In this document: positions 28,369-37,515 of the stretch, in pieces
Layout of the letters: each line of letters starts with the position of its first letter
Numbering within the stretch: the stretch's first letter is position 1
Assembly: GCA_945863035.1 (NCBI GenBank)
Contig: CAMAZH010000002.1
Location: 8,140-72,139 of the forward strand
Length of the DNA: 64,000 nt
Source: Chitinophaga pinensis
Lineage (GTDB): Bacteria > Bacteroidota > Bacteroidia > Bacteroidales > GCA-2748055
Direction of reading: 5' to 3'
Notes under the pieces: model-generated
What the model saw: the letters and a program-made list of their open reading frames with translations, nothing else
Told to the model about the DNA's origin: nothing
Database searches by the model: none
Translations under genes and position numbers: made by a program

Positions 28369-29868
28369 ATGAAACTCCCTCAATCCGTTTATAACTGGAC
28401 TTCTATTCTTGGTGTTGTACTTGCATTAATCAGCCTTGGATTGATCATCTTCACCTTTATTCTATCTGCTTTTTTTGATCTGGGCAGTTCGTATATTGGT
28501 CTCTTTATCTACATTATCTTCCCGATGTTTCTGGTTTTTGGCTTAGTACTGATTCCCGTTGGGATTTTCATAACCCGCAAAAAGCTTAAAAAAGGCATAG
28601 CAGAGACAGAGTTTCGCTGGCCACGCATCGATCTTAACGATCACAAATACAGAAATGCTTTTGTGATGTTTGTGTCCATTACTTTTGTGTTTATTTTCTT
28701 ATCGGCAATCGGCACCTATGAGGCATTTCATTATTCCGAATCGGTGGAGTTCTGCGGCACCTTATGCCATAAAGTAATGGAGCCCGAGTATGTTGCCTAT
28801 CAAAACTCGCCTCATGCCCGGGTAGCCTGCGTTGAGTGCCATGTTGGGCCCGGTGCCGACTGGTTTATCCGATCGAAACTGTCGGGACTCTACCAGGTCA
28901 TTTCCGTAACCTTCGGATTGTATCCCCAGCCTATTCCCACGCCCATAGAAAGCCTCAGACCGGCTCGGGAAACCTGTGAAAAGTGCCACTGGCCTGAGAA
29001 ATTTTACGCCCAGAAAAGCAGGCTGGAGAAACACTACCTTACCGACGAAAACAGCACAGGCTGGGATATTAATCTGAATATGAAAGTTGGGTCCTCACAC
29101 AGTGCTCTTGGCCTTATAGAAGGTATTCACTGGCATATCAATCCTGACATCAAGATTGAATATGTCTCGAGCGAAGATGAAGACCAGGCGATTAATTGGG
29201 TCAGAACAACAAACGTGAAAACCGGCGAAGTGACCGTCTTTGAGGATCAATACAATCCTCTTGCTCCCTCAGCAATCGATTCTTTACAAAAACGGGTGAT
29301 GGATTGCATGGACTGTCATAACCGACCCTCCCACCGTTATGCCTCCCCGCCGAGTTTTATCGATAACGCCATTACAGCCGGTCTGATTCCGCTCGACATC
29401 CCCTGGATAAAACTGGCCTGCATTGAGGCAACGCGGTTTGAAACCGGCACAAACGACTCCGCACAGATTCTGATAAGCCAGAAGATGATGGAGTATTACG
29501 AAACAAATTACCCTGAGGTAATCAGTTCCAACCCTGAAGGCTTGAAAACAGCCATTAGCGGGCTTCAGAAGGCATATTCGCAGAATGTGTTTCCGTACAT
29601 GAAAGTCACTTCTTCGGTTTACCCCGACCATATCGGCCACAAGGAAACACTTGGATGTTTCAGGTGTCACAACGACAATCACGTGTCCGCCACTGGGAAA
29701 ACCATATCCAAAGATTGTAATTTATGCCATGTTATAAAGGCCCAGGGCGTTCCCGGAGCTATGCAACACGTTTCGGTGTTCGACACGCTGGAATTTGTGC
29801 ACCCTGTGGACATCGACAACGCCTGGATGGAGTCGGCCTGCTCGGATTGCCATTCGGCGCTCTACTAG
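28369..29868 (+). CDS. Membrane-anchored heptahaem c-type cytochrome (NapC/NirT-related, ImcH-like architecture)
   Basis: Three N-terminal hydrophobic helices, then seven CxxCH motifs (CGTLCH, CVECH, CEKCH, CMDCH, CFRCH, CNLCH, CSDCH) in 499 aa. Confidence 0.8.
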   Translation: MKLPQSVYNWTSILGVVLALISLGLIIFTFILSAFFDLGSSYIGLFIYIIFPMFLVFGLVLIPVGIFITRKKLKKGIAETEFRWPRIDLNDHKYRNAFVMFVSITFVFIFLSAIGTYEAFHYSESVEFCGTLCHKVMEPEYVAYQNSPHARVACVECHVGPGADWFIRSKLSGLYQVISVTFGLYPQPIPTPIESLRPARETCEKCHWPEKFYAQKSRLEKHYLTDENSTGWDINLNMKVGSSHSALGLIEGIHWHINPDIKIEYVSSEDEDQAINWVRTTNVKTGEVTVFEDQYNPLAPSAIDSLQKRVMDCMDCHNRPSHRYASPPSFIDNAITAGLIPLDIPWIKLACIEATRFETGTNDSAQILISQKMMEYYETNYPEVISSNPEGLKTAISGLQKAYSQNVFPYMKVTSSVYPDHIGHKETLGCFRCHNDNHVSATGKTISKDCNLCHVIKAQGVPGAMQHVSVFDTLEFVHPVDIDNAWMESACSDCHSALY

Positions 29869-29894
29869 TTCCTAAACCCTGCCCTTTATAAAAG

Positions 29895-29942
29895 AATAAG
29901 TCATTGCGGTTCATGTGAAACCATGCACCGCAATGACTTATT
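29895..29942. terminator. Long hairpin between the convergent heptahaem cytochrome and AsmA genes
   Basis: 16-bp stem AATAAGTCATTGCGGT (29895-29910) / ACCGCAATGACTTATT (29927-29942). The U-tract is weak on both strands. Confidence 0.5.
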
Positions 29943-30000
29943 GAAATAATGTTGTACGACGTGAAGCCTTCACCAACAGCAAAGACTTTCCTTTGAATAT

Positions 30001-32799
30001 TTATTGAGCTTTCAACGCATCGGCCTTCTTTTGGGCTTCCGCAAGGAGCGCTGTTGCTTTGACATCGGCATCTTTGTTCAGGGTAACGGCTTTCTGTTCC
30101 GCTTTCTTGACCAGTTCAGCAGCAGTTTTCTCAGCAGCCACCTTTTTCAAGGGATTGCTTCCCGCTTCCTTAATCAGGTTTTTACCCTGCAGTTTTGCTT
30201 CACCAACGAGCTTCTCCCCTGCTTCCTTAGCAGTAGCCCGCAATTTATCGGCCTGCTCTTCGGCATCCTTCATGATTTTGTCGATTTCCTCATTGGCTTT
30301 TTCCTTAACATCCTCTTTTACTTTCTGTACCTCCTCCTTAACCTTTTCCTGTACAGCCTCTTTCACCTCGGATTTGGCTTTTGCCATGCTCTCCTTAACA
30401 TCCATCCCTATTTTGGGATCGGTGAATGTGCCGGTGATCTTAAGCTGTACATTTACATTTTCGCTTTGCTTAAGATCGAATCCTTTGCCAGCAGCCTGTT
30501 TTACAAGGTCTTCATATACATCATTGGCTGCGCTTCCGAATTCGTTGCGGGGGATATCCAGACTCATAAAATAGTTCATGGTTTGGTCGATGCCCTGATC
30601 TCCCCCGATATTAGCTTTGGCAGGTCCCACTTTCGTATCGAAAGGCTCAATAAAGACCCTTCCGTTGCGGATCTCGAAGTTTGCTTTAACATCCTGGATT
30701 TTAACGTTTTTGAACTTGTCGTTTTTTAGGGCACCCGCGATCTTGGCAAAGGTTTCCGAGTTGGCAACCATTATCTCGTCCGTCATCAGGCTACCTCCGC
30801 CCACAATAGTGTTAATCACAGGACTCATAGCCGAATCGAGATTGGCTGTGAACTTCAGGTTGGTTGAGATGTTTCCCTGCATGTTCTCGGCAATCGGAGC
30901 CAGTTTCTGAACCGTGTTAAAAGCATTGAATGCAGAGGGGATATCGATGTTTTTAATGGCCATGTCAAAGTCGACCGTCGGAGTCCTAATATCCTGGGTA
31001 TTATATTCACCGCTCATAAGCATAGAACCCTGAAGCATGTTCATGGAAACATTGTCCATCAACACTTTCCCGTCGCGAACAATAAGCTTCCCGAGAATAT
31101 CTTCGATTGAGAGATTATCGTAGAGCACCTTTTTTAGGTCGGATTGCAAAACAAAGTCTATATTTTTCGGCACTTCAACCACTGTCATTGCCGCCGTGTC
31201 GACTACCTCGGTTTCCTCTTCGGCTGTGGTATCGGCCATCAGCTCGTTAAGGTCGAGAAAATTGGAACTGAAATTTAGACTTCCCCTGATCGTTTCGTTT
31301 TTGAAAACATATGGGATAAAGTTCTCCAGCTTTCCGTTCATGTGAATATCGCTGTTCCCGATTTTCGCATCGAATGCACTCAGGTTCACAAACTGGGGAG
31401 AGAAGTACATGCTGGTTTTCTCGATGGTTACGGGCATAGGTATGTCTTTTCCCGAAACCTGGACATTCATGACTTCAAGAAGACCGTCGGCTTTGAATGC
31501 CTCATAATTCTCATTATCGATATCCGACATTTTTCCCATAAAGCTGATATCCGAGTTTATAGTACCCGACATGAGGGCGTCATCCATGGGAACCACATCG
31601 GAAAGGCTTGCAAGGTCAATGCGGCCTTTGAACATACCGTTCATCTGCATATCGCTCATGGGTGTGATGATATGAAGCTGCATATCGAAAGGGTTTCCGG
31701 CAACTTCGAGGTGGAATTTGTTCACATCCACCCGCGTATTGTCCTCAACAACCCCATCGTAGAATATTACCACGTCGATGTTAACATTCTCAACGGATTT
31801 CGGAAGATCGGGATAGGCAAAATATCCGTCGGTAACAAGCAGCGCAAGGTTAAGCAAAGGCATTTGGGTATCGTTGTACACTCCTTTTGCCGTTCCCTCG
31901 AGAGAAAGCGTTCCTGATGTTTTCAATGCAGCATAATCCTGAGTGTAAATAGCCGGGACCATGGAAAGAAGGGTCTTAAAGGAGGTTTCGCGGGAGAAAA
32001 ACCGGAAGTCGATATCCATATCCGTATCGTTGGGCATGCCGAATGTACCTTCAAGACCCATGATTAAATCATTGAGTTTGATGTCGGTCTGCCCAAATGT
32101 GAACACAAACTTAACCAAATCGGCTTTAATGAGGGAATTGATATCCAGTCGGGCTTTGTTAATATACTTCATGCCATCCATGATGAACCCAAACGATGAG
32201 GTTGTGGAGGTGATGTTAAGATCCGTAAAGTCCTCGGTCATATCACCGCTAAGGAGGAAGTTGAAGCCTTCGAGGCTTGCACTCATGTTTCCTTCCCTAT
32301 CGATATAATAAATACGTGCATCACGGACTTCAAATCGCTTAAGTTTGATAACGATGCCCATTGAGGAGGTGTCGGTTTCGACTTCTTCAATAACAGCAGC
32401 TGTATCGGGAACCATGATATCGTAGTTCACGCTTCCGTCGGCAAGTGTGATTGCATTAACCACGGGTTTATTAAGCAGAATCGACTTTACCTGAATATTG
32501 TCGGAGAAGACGCTCAGAAGGTCGATTTTCAGCGAGAACTCGTCAAAGGCGACCAAAGTGTCTCCCTCGAAATTATTAATCCCCACTACCGATAAGTCTT
32601 TGAGGCTTACCTTAAGATCGGGAAAGCCCGTCAACAATGAGATTGACACGTCAGACCATTCGACTTTCGCATAAACGGTTTTGTTGACTTCTTCCTTTAC
32701 TTTCTTGATTATTTCAGATTTAAATACAATGGGAATCGCGATTATTGCAGCAAAAAGCACAATAATCACAATCATAAAAATTTTGAAAAATTTCTTCAT
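30001..32799 (-). CDS. AsmA-family protein with a Lys/Glu/Ala-rich helical C-terminal tail
   Basis: 932 aa with an N-terminal TM anchor and a long beta-rich AsmA-like body (...GGDQGIDQTMNYFMSLDIP...). The last ~130 aa are K/E/A-rich amphipathic repeats. Confidence 0.75.
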   Translation of the reverse strand: MKKFFKIFMIVIIVLFAAIIAIPIVFKSEIIKKVKEEVNKTVYAKVEWSDVSISLLTGFPDLKVSLKDLSVVGINNFEGDTLVAFDEFSLKIDLLSVFSDNIQVKSILLNKPVVNAITLADGSVNYDIMVPDTAAVIEEVETDTSSMGIVIKLKRFEVRDARIYYIDREGNMSASLEGFNFLLSGDMTEDFTDLNITSTTSSFGFIMDGMKYINKARLDINSLIKADLVKFVFTFGQTDIKLNDLIMGLEGTFGMPNDTDMDIDFRFFSRETSFKTLLSMVPAIYTQDYAALKTSGTLSLEGTAKGVYNDTQMPLLNLALLVTDGYFAYPDLPKSVENVNIDVVIFYDGVVEDNTRVDVNKFHLEVAGNPFDMQLHIITPMSDMQMNGMFKGRIDLASLSDVVPMDDALMSGTINSDISFMGKMSDIDNENYEAFKADGLLEVMNVQVSGKDIPMPVTIEKTSMYFSPQFVNLSAFDAKIGNSDIHMNGKLENFIPYVFKNETIRGSLNFSSNFLDLNELMADTTAEEETEVVDTAAMTVVEVPKNIDFVLQSDLKKVLYDNLSIEDILGKLIVRDGKVLMDNVSMNMLQGSMLMSGEYNTQDIRTPTVDFDMAIKNIDIPSAFNAFNTVQKLAPIAENMQGNISTNLKFTANLDSAMSPVINTIVGGGSLMTDEIMVANSETFAKIAGALKNDKFKNVKIQDVKANFEIRNGRVFIEPFDTKVGPAKANIGGDQGIDQTMNYFMSLDIPRNEFGSAANDVYEDLVKQAAGKGFDLKQSENVNVQLKITGTFTDPKIGMDVKESMAKAKSEVKEAVQEKVKEEVQKVKEDVKEKANEEIDKIMKDAEEQADKLRATAKEAGEKLVGEAKLQGKNLIKEAGSNPLKKVAAEKTAAELVKKAEQKAVTLNKDADVKATALLAEAQKKADALKAQ

Positions 32800-33219
32800 G
32801 GCAGGTAATTTTTAATTTTTCTAAAATTACAAAATTTTTTTAAGTGTTGTCCGGCTAAAGATTATGAATATTCTTCAAACCGGGATTACCTGACATCCCT
32901 GACTTTGGCTTGAGCGTTCGATCCAAGGTCGGGGCTTTGGCAATAAGGATTTACTTCAGATTCAAACCAATACTTAAAGGGATCAGCTATGAAAGATACA
33001 ATTCAGTTAATCAATGTTTTAGATCACAATATAAAATCCCGACAGGATGAAACGATATTTGACCCGACAATACTGCTTTTATCATAGTTTATAAAATGAT
33101 TGCCTGTGCAACAATGGATAAGATACCAGTTAAAAAAAAAGAATATCCAGTAACAAGACCTATTCGGAAAAAGCAGTATAATAGAGCCTGAAGAAAAAGA
33201 ACGGATTAGCAGAAGTTTT

Positions 33220-36200
33220 TTAATTCAAATTATCAAGGTACTGAGAAGGGGTAACATTATACATTTTTTTAAAACACCTGTTGAAGTATGAAATATTATT
33301 AAATCCCACCATATAGGCAACCTCGGAGATATTGTAATTATTACTTGAAAGGAGTTTTGCAGCCTCCTTGAGTCGATAACTCCGAATAAATTCAGTAGTT
33401 GACTGATCTGTTAATGCTCTCATCTTAAGATGCAGATTGCTTCTACTCATTCCCATTTCGCGGGCAAATCCTTCTGCAGTAAATTCAACTACCGACAGGT
33501 TTTTACTAAGAAGATCATAAGCTTTCTTAACAAAATTCTGGTCCACTCTGTTATGTGCAATGGTTGTGATCTCCATTTCGGACCCAGACTTAAACTTATT
33601 TTTCAATCTGTTACGGTTAGTAATGAGGTTTCTTATTCTTGCGTTTAAGACATTTATATCGAAAGGTTTATTAAGATAGTCGTCGGCTCCTTCCTCAAAC
33701 CCCTCAATTTTATTCCTGTCTGAATCCAGAACAGTAAGCAAAATCAACGGAATATGACTAACACGAATATCGTTTTTAATTGCTCTGCACAATTCATAGC
33801 CATCCATCTTGGGCATCATTACATCGCTTACAATTAGTTCAGGCAAGACCTCCAAGGCTGTTTTCAGTCCATCAACGCCATCACTTGCCTCATAAACGTC
33901 AAAATCACTATTCAGCGATTCCACGATATAATTTCGAAGTTCGTAGTTATCTTCAACGACCAGAATCTTGGTATTCATAGGTTTGTTGTTCAAAACCATA
34001 GAATGGGTTGAAAAAGGTATAGGGTCCAATAATTTATAATCCTGAGTTAGCTTATAAGTAGCGGCGTCGGATTTTTCTTCGTCCTTCAAGTGCAAATCAC
34101 CTAAAGGAAGAAGAATTGTGAATTTGCTACCCTTACCCGGTTGACTTTTAACTGTTATAATTCCCTTGTGAAGCTCAACATATTCTTTCACAATGGATAA
34201 GCCAATCCCTGAACTTGAAGGATTTGCAATAGTGCTATCCTCAATCTGATAAAATCTATCGAATATCTTTTCAAGATAGATCTCTTCGATACCCGTACCT
34301 GAATCTATTACAGAAATGGACATATATTCCATATCAGTTGTCGGATCAGAATGGGAAACGTTGTTATTATGAAGGGAAATCTTAAGTTCAATACTGTTTC
34401 CGTCTGGAGTATGCTTAAATGCGTTTGATAACAGGTTTAAGAAAATTTTCTCCGCCTTTTCTGTGTCTACCCACACCTTTTGTGATTCAAAGTCAGATGT
34501 GAATTTGTATGAAATACTATGATTAAGCGCATAATCATCAAAATAGGTTGAGACTTCCTTTAGAAATTTCACCAAATCCAACTCTTGTGCTTTCAGACTA
34601 ATGTTGCCCGTATCGATTCTGCGAAGGTCCATGATTTGATTTATCAACCGGCTTAGAACCTGTGCGTTTCGATAGACCAAACGGGTGAGTCTCATTCTGC
34701 TTTCACTGTCGACTCTTTCATCAGCATTCAATAGTTTTTCGAGGGGAGAAAGGATTAATGTGAGCGGGGTTTTAAACTCGTGTGCCGCGTTAATAAAGAA
34801 TTTGATCTTCGATTGATTGATTTCATTGCTTTTTTCACTTTCGAATCTTTCAATCAGCAGTTTTTGTCGATAAACTGTTTTTGAGCGGATATAAGAATAA
34901 ATAAAAAAGCCGATCATTGAAAGAAGCGCCAGATAAATTCCATAACTGAGCTTTGACCTCCATATCGGCGGTTTTACGAAAATGTCAAGATATCTCAGAG
35001 AAACAGCCTTGGATAAGTTATTGGTGGCTTTGATATGCAAAGTGTACTTGCCAGGAGGTATTCGGGTATAGGTGAGGGTGTGATTGTCTTTATTATCAAT
35101 CCATCCAAAGTCATAGCCTTCTAGAAAGTAAGAGAAATTATCGCTATAGGGATTAATAAAGTTGAGGGTTGTAAAATCAATACTGATAAATGATTGCTGA
35201 TGTTCGAGGGTCAACCTGTCTATTTTGTCTATTGGCTTATTTATTAATGACTTAACACCAGGTTTTATGTATTGGTTAAAAATCTTGAGTGATGTAAGGT
35301 GTAACCTGAATCCATCATCCTGGATGTTAAGCTTGATTTCCAATGGATTGAAGAAAGCCACCCCATTTTTTGAACCGAAATACAACCTTCCATTTCTATT
35401 TTTAAAGACGGAATTTGGAATAAAAATATCATGCAGCAAGCCGTCATTTTTACTGAAATTGGTAAAGACACCCTGTTCAGGATTAAACTTTGACAATCCA
35501 TTTATAGTTGAAAGCCAGATGTTTCCATTAAGATCATCTACAATGCTTGAAATTGATTTGTCAGGCAACCCGTCAATTTTCGAGTAAGTCGTAAAACTTT
35601 TTGATTTACTGTCATAAAGATTTAATCCGTTAAGGGTCCCTACCCATACCCTATCCTGCTTATCACAAAAGACTGTTAATACCGTGTTATCGCTTAATGA
35701 TCTGTTTGAAGGGGAATGGACAAACGAAATACTCGATTTGGTATTGGGGTTGAACAAGAACAGCCCATTAAAAGTGCTTATCCAAAGGTTTCCTTCGTAG
35801 TCTTCTGCAATGCAGTTTGCAAAGTTGTAAACAAAGCCTTTTTCGGTATCGGAATAATAGTTGCTGAAGCAATTTTTTTCTTCAATGAATTCGGAAAACC
35901 CCTTGTGCGTTGCGATCCAGATTCTTTTTTTCGAATCTTCAAAAACATAGTTTACAATATCATTGGCTAACGAGGTACTATCTCCTTCAATATTTAGAAA
36001 CGTGCTATATTGGCTTGAGAAGGGATCGAAAACGGTTACTCCCCCAAGATAGGTACCAATCCATATTCGCTTCTTGGAATCCTGCATAAGGGATTGAATA
36101 TGATCAGATTTAAGTGCAGGTGTATTGCCTGAATTTTTATTGAAATACTTTTCTTTTTTGAAATCCAAAATATTTATTCCATTACCGTACGTTCCCAACC

Positions 36201-37341
36201 AAATTTTTTCTTCCTGATCTTCCAGGATGGAAAGCACCAGATCATTACGGGCTAAGGATGATCCAAATGACTGCGTTATGATTTTGTTGAATTCGAAAGG
36301 ATGTTGTTTCAGTATATTGATACCACTTTGAACGGTGCCGATCCACACGTTTCCCTGCCTGTCTTTGAAAACCACATTCAATACATTACTAACTAAAGAT
36401 TTGTTATCTGCAGGATCGTGAAAATGATGAGAAAACCTATCAGATTTTTTGTTGTAGATGGAAAGACCGTTTCGGGTAAGAATCCACATTTCATTCTCAT
36501 TTTTCTCGAACACATATAGGGCAGTTATGTCAGCAATTCCCTTTTCCGGATTAACATCAGATTTAGTATATCTCTGAACGATGAAGCTATCCTTGAAAAA
36601 ACGATAAATTCCCTTGTTAGTGGCCAACCAAATAGAATTATTACTATCACTGTTGATTTTGATTATTTTATTTTCACGCAGTGTATTCTGATTATCAACA
36701 TAGTGAGTAATTTCGATAGTCTTTTGCTTAAAGGGATCATAATAATATGCCCCATCGTTATGTGTTCCGATCCATATCAATCCTTCGTTATCAATAAACA
36801 GGGAGGACAAGTGAGATTTAACTATCCGTTCTGAAAGGCCTCTGGGTTGATACTGAAAGAAGGCATTTTTGAACATGTCATAAATGAACAAGCCTTCAGA
36901 GGTTGCCGCAATAAAATTGGTTTCTGCAAGTTTGAGTATTTTATAAACCTTTGCCGTAATTCCTTTTTCGTTTCTTATCAAAGGTATTCGTTTAAAGATT
37001 TCCTGATTGGAATCAAAGTAATTAATCCCTGTAACCGTACCTGCAAAAAAGTTATCACCCGAGGTTTTACAAATAGTATATACAGAGTTATTATCGATGG
37101 AGGTTGAATCATCCATACTGTTTTGAAAAACGCGGAAAGAATAGCCGTCAAACCTGTTGATGCCATCTTCGGTCCCAATCCATATAAATCCTGAAGAATC
37201 CTGATAAATATCAAGGATACTGTTATTGGACAGCCCATTTTCACTGGTAATCAGATCAAACTGCAAATTCTGAGCGATAAGCGCGCTTGATAGCAGCAAC
37301 ACGCCAAAAATTGAAATGAGAATTTTCTGTTTAAATACCAT
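33220..37341 (-). CDS. Hybrid two-component system sensor kinase/response regulator (HTCS) with AraC-type output
   Basis: 1373 aa. Signal peptide, repeated beta-propeller 'two-component regulator' motifs (WIGT..GL), Y_Y_Y-like region, TM helix, H-box HEFKTPLTLI, HATPase (GIGLSIVKE), receiver (DVMMPKMDGYEL) and AraC HTH (GFNNISYFNRCFKKMYNVTPSQY). Confidence 0.92.
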   Translation of the reverse strand: MVFKQKILISIFGVLLLSSALIAQNLQFDLITSENGLSNNSILDIYQDSSGFIWIGTEDGINRFDGYSFRVFQNSMDDSTSIDNNSVYTICKTSGDNFFAGTVTGINYFDSNQEIFKRIPLIRNEKGITAKVYKILKLAETNFIAATSEGLFIYDMFKNAFFQYQPRGLSERIVKSHLSSLFIDNEGLIWIGTHNDGAYYYDPFKQKTIEITHYVDNQNTLRENKIIKINSDSNNSIWLATNKGIYRFFKDSFIVQRYTKSDVNPEKGIADITALYVFEKNENEMWILTRNGLSIYNKKSDRFSHHFHDPADNKSLVSNVLNVVFKDRQGNVWIGTVQSGINILKQHPFEFNKIITQSFGSSLARNDLVLSILEDQEEKIWLGTYGNGINILDFKKEKYFNKNSGNTPALKSDHIQSLMQDSKKRIWIGTYLGGVTVFDPFSSQYSTFLNIEGDSTSLANDIVNYVFEDSKKRIWIATHKGFSEFIEEKNCFSNYYSDTEKGFVYNFANCIAEDYEGNLWISTFNGLFLFNPNTKSSISFVHSPSNRSLSDNTVLTVFCDKQDRVWVGTLNGLNLYDSKSKSFTTYSKIDGLPDKSISSIVDDLNGNIWLSTINGLSKFNPEQGVFTNFSKNDGLLHDIFIPNSVFKNRNGRLYFGSKNGVAFFNPLEIKLNIQDDGFRLHLTSLKIFNQYIKPGVKSLINKPIDKIDRLTLEHQQSFISIDFTTLNFINPYSDNFSYFLEGYDFGWIDNKDNHTLTYTRIPPGKYTLHIKATNNLSKAVSLRYLDIFVKPPIWRSKLSYGIYLALLSMIGFFIYSYIRSKTVYRQKLLIERFESEKSNEINQSKIKFFINAAHEFKTPLTLILSPLEKLLNADERVDSESRMRLTRLVYRNAQVLSRLINQIMDLRRIDTGNISLKAQELDLVKFLKEVSTYFDDYALNHSISYKFTSDFESQKVWVDTEKAEKIFLNLLSNAFKHTPDGNSIELKISLHNNNVSHSDPTTDMEYMSISVIDSGTGIEEIYLEKIFDRFYQIEDSTIANPSSSGIGLSIVKEYVELHKGIITVKSQPGKGSKFTILLPLGDLHLKDEEKSDAATYKLTQDYKLLDPIPFSTHSMVLNNKPMNTKILVVEDNYELRNYIVESLNSDFDVYEASDGVDGLKTALEVLPELIVSDVMMPKMDGYELCRAIKNDIRVSHIPLILLTVLDSDRNKIEGFEEGADDYLNKPFDINVLNARIRNLITNRNRLKNKFKSGSEMEITTIAHNRVDQNFVKKAYDLLSKNLSVVEFTAEGFAREMGMSRSNLHLKMRALTDQSTTEFIRSYRLKEAAKLLSSNNYNISEVAYMVGFNNISYFNRCFKKMYNVTPSQYLDNLN

Positions 37342-37515
37342 TGATCTGTACCTTCCTTGTTTCTGTAAAATTAGAACGAAGAGTTCATTTTTCCAAGCAT
37401 AAGAGGAATATCAACAAAACATCTCAAAATGCCTTTACATTATGGTTTGTGATTTTAAAGATTACTTGTAAATTATGGCAACAAATCATTTCCGCCGATA
37501 TTTCGCAACAAGAAG

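Noticed and set aside
30004-30729. 241-aa and 171-aa ORFs on the plus strand
   Set aside because: They are antisense to the K/E/A-rich tail of the AsmA gene. The Phe/Leu/Ser-rich products are the expected mirror-image artefact of GAA/AAG/GCN repeats.
32989-33087. 32-codon ORF (MKDTIQLINVLDHNIKSRQDETIFDPTILLLS) in the 420-bp spacer between the AsmA and HTCS-1 genes
   Set aside because: It is too short, has no signal or known motif, and I saw no promoter or ribosome-binding context. It is treated as chance.
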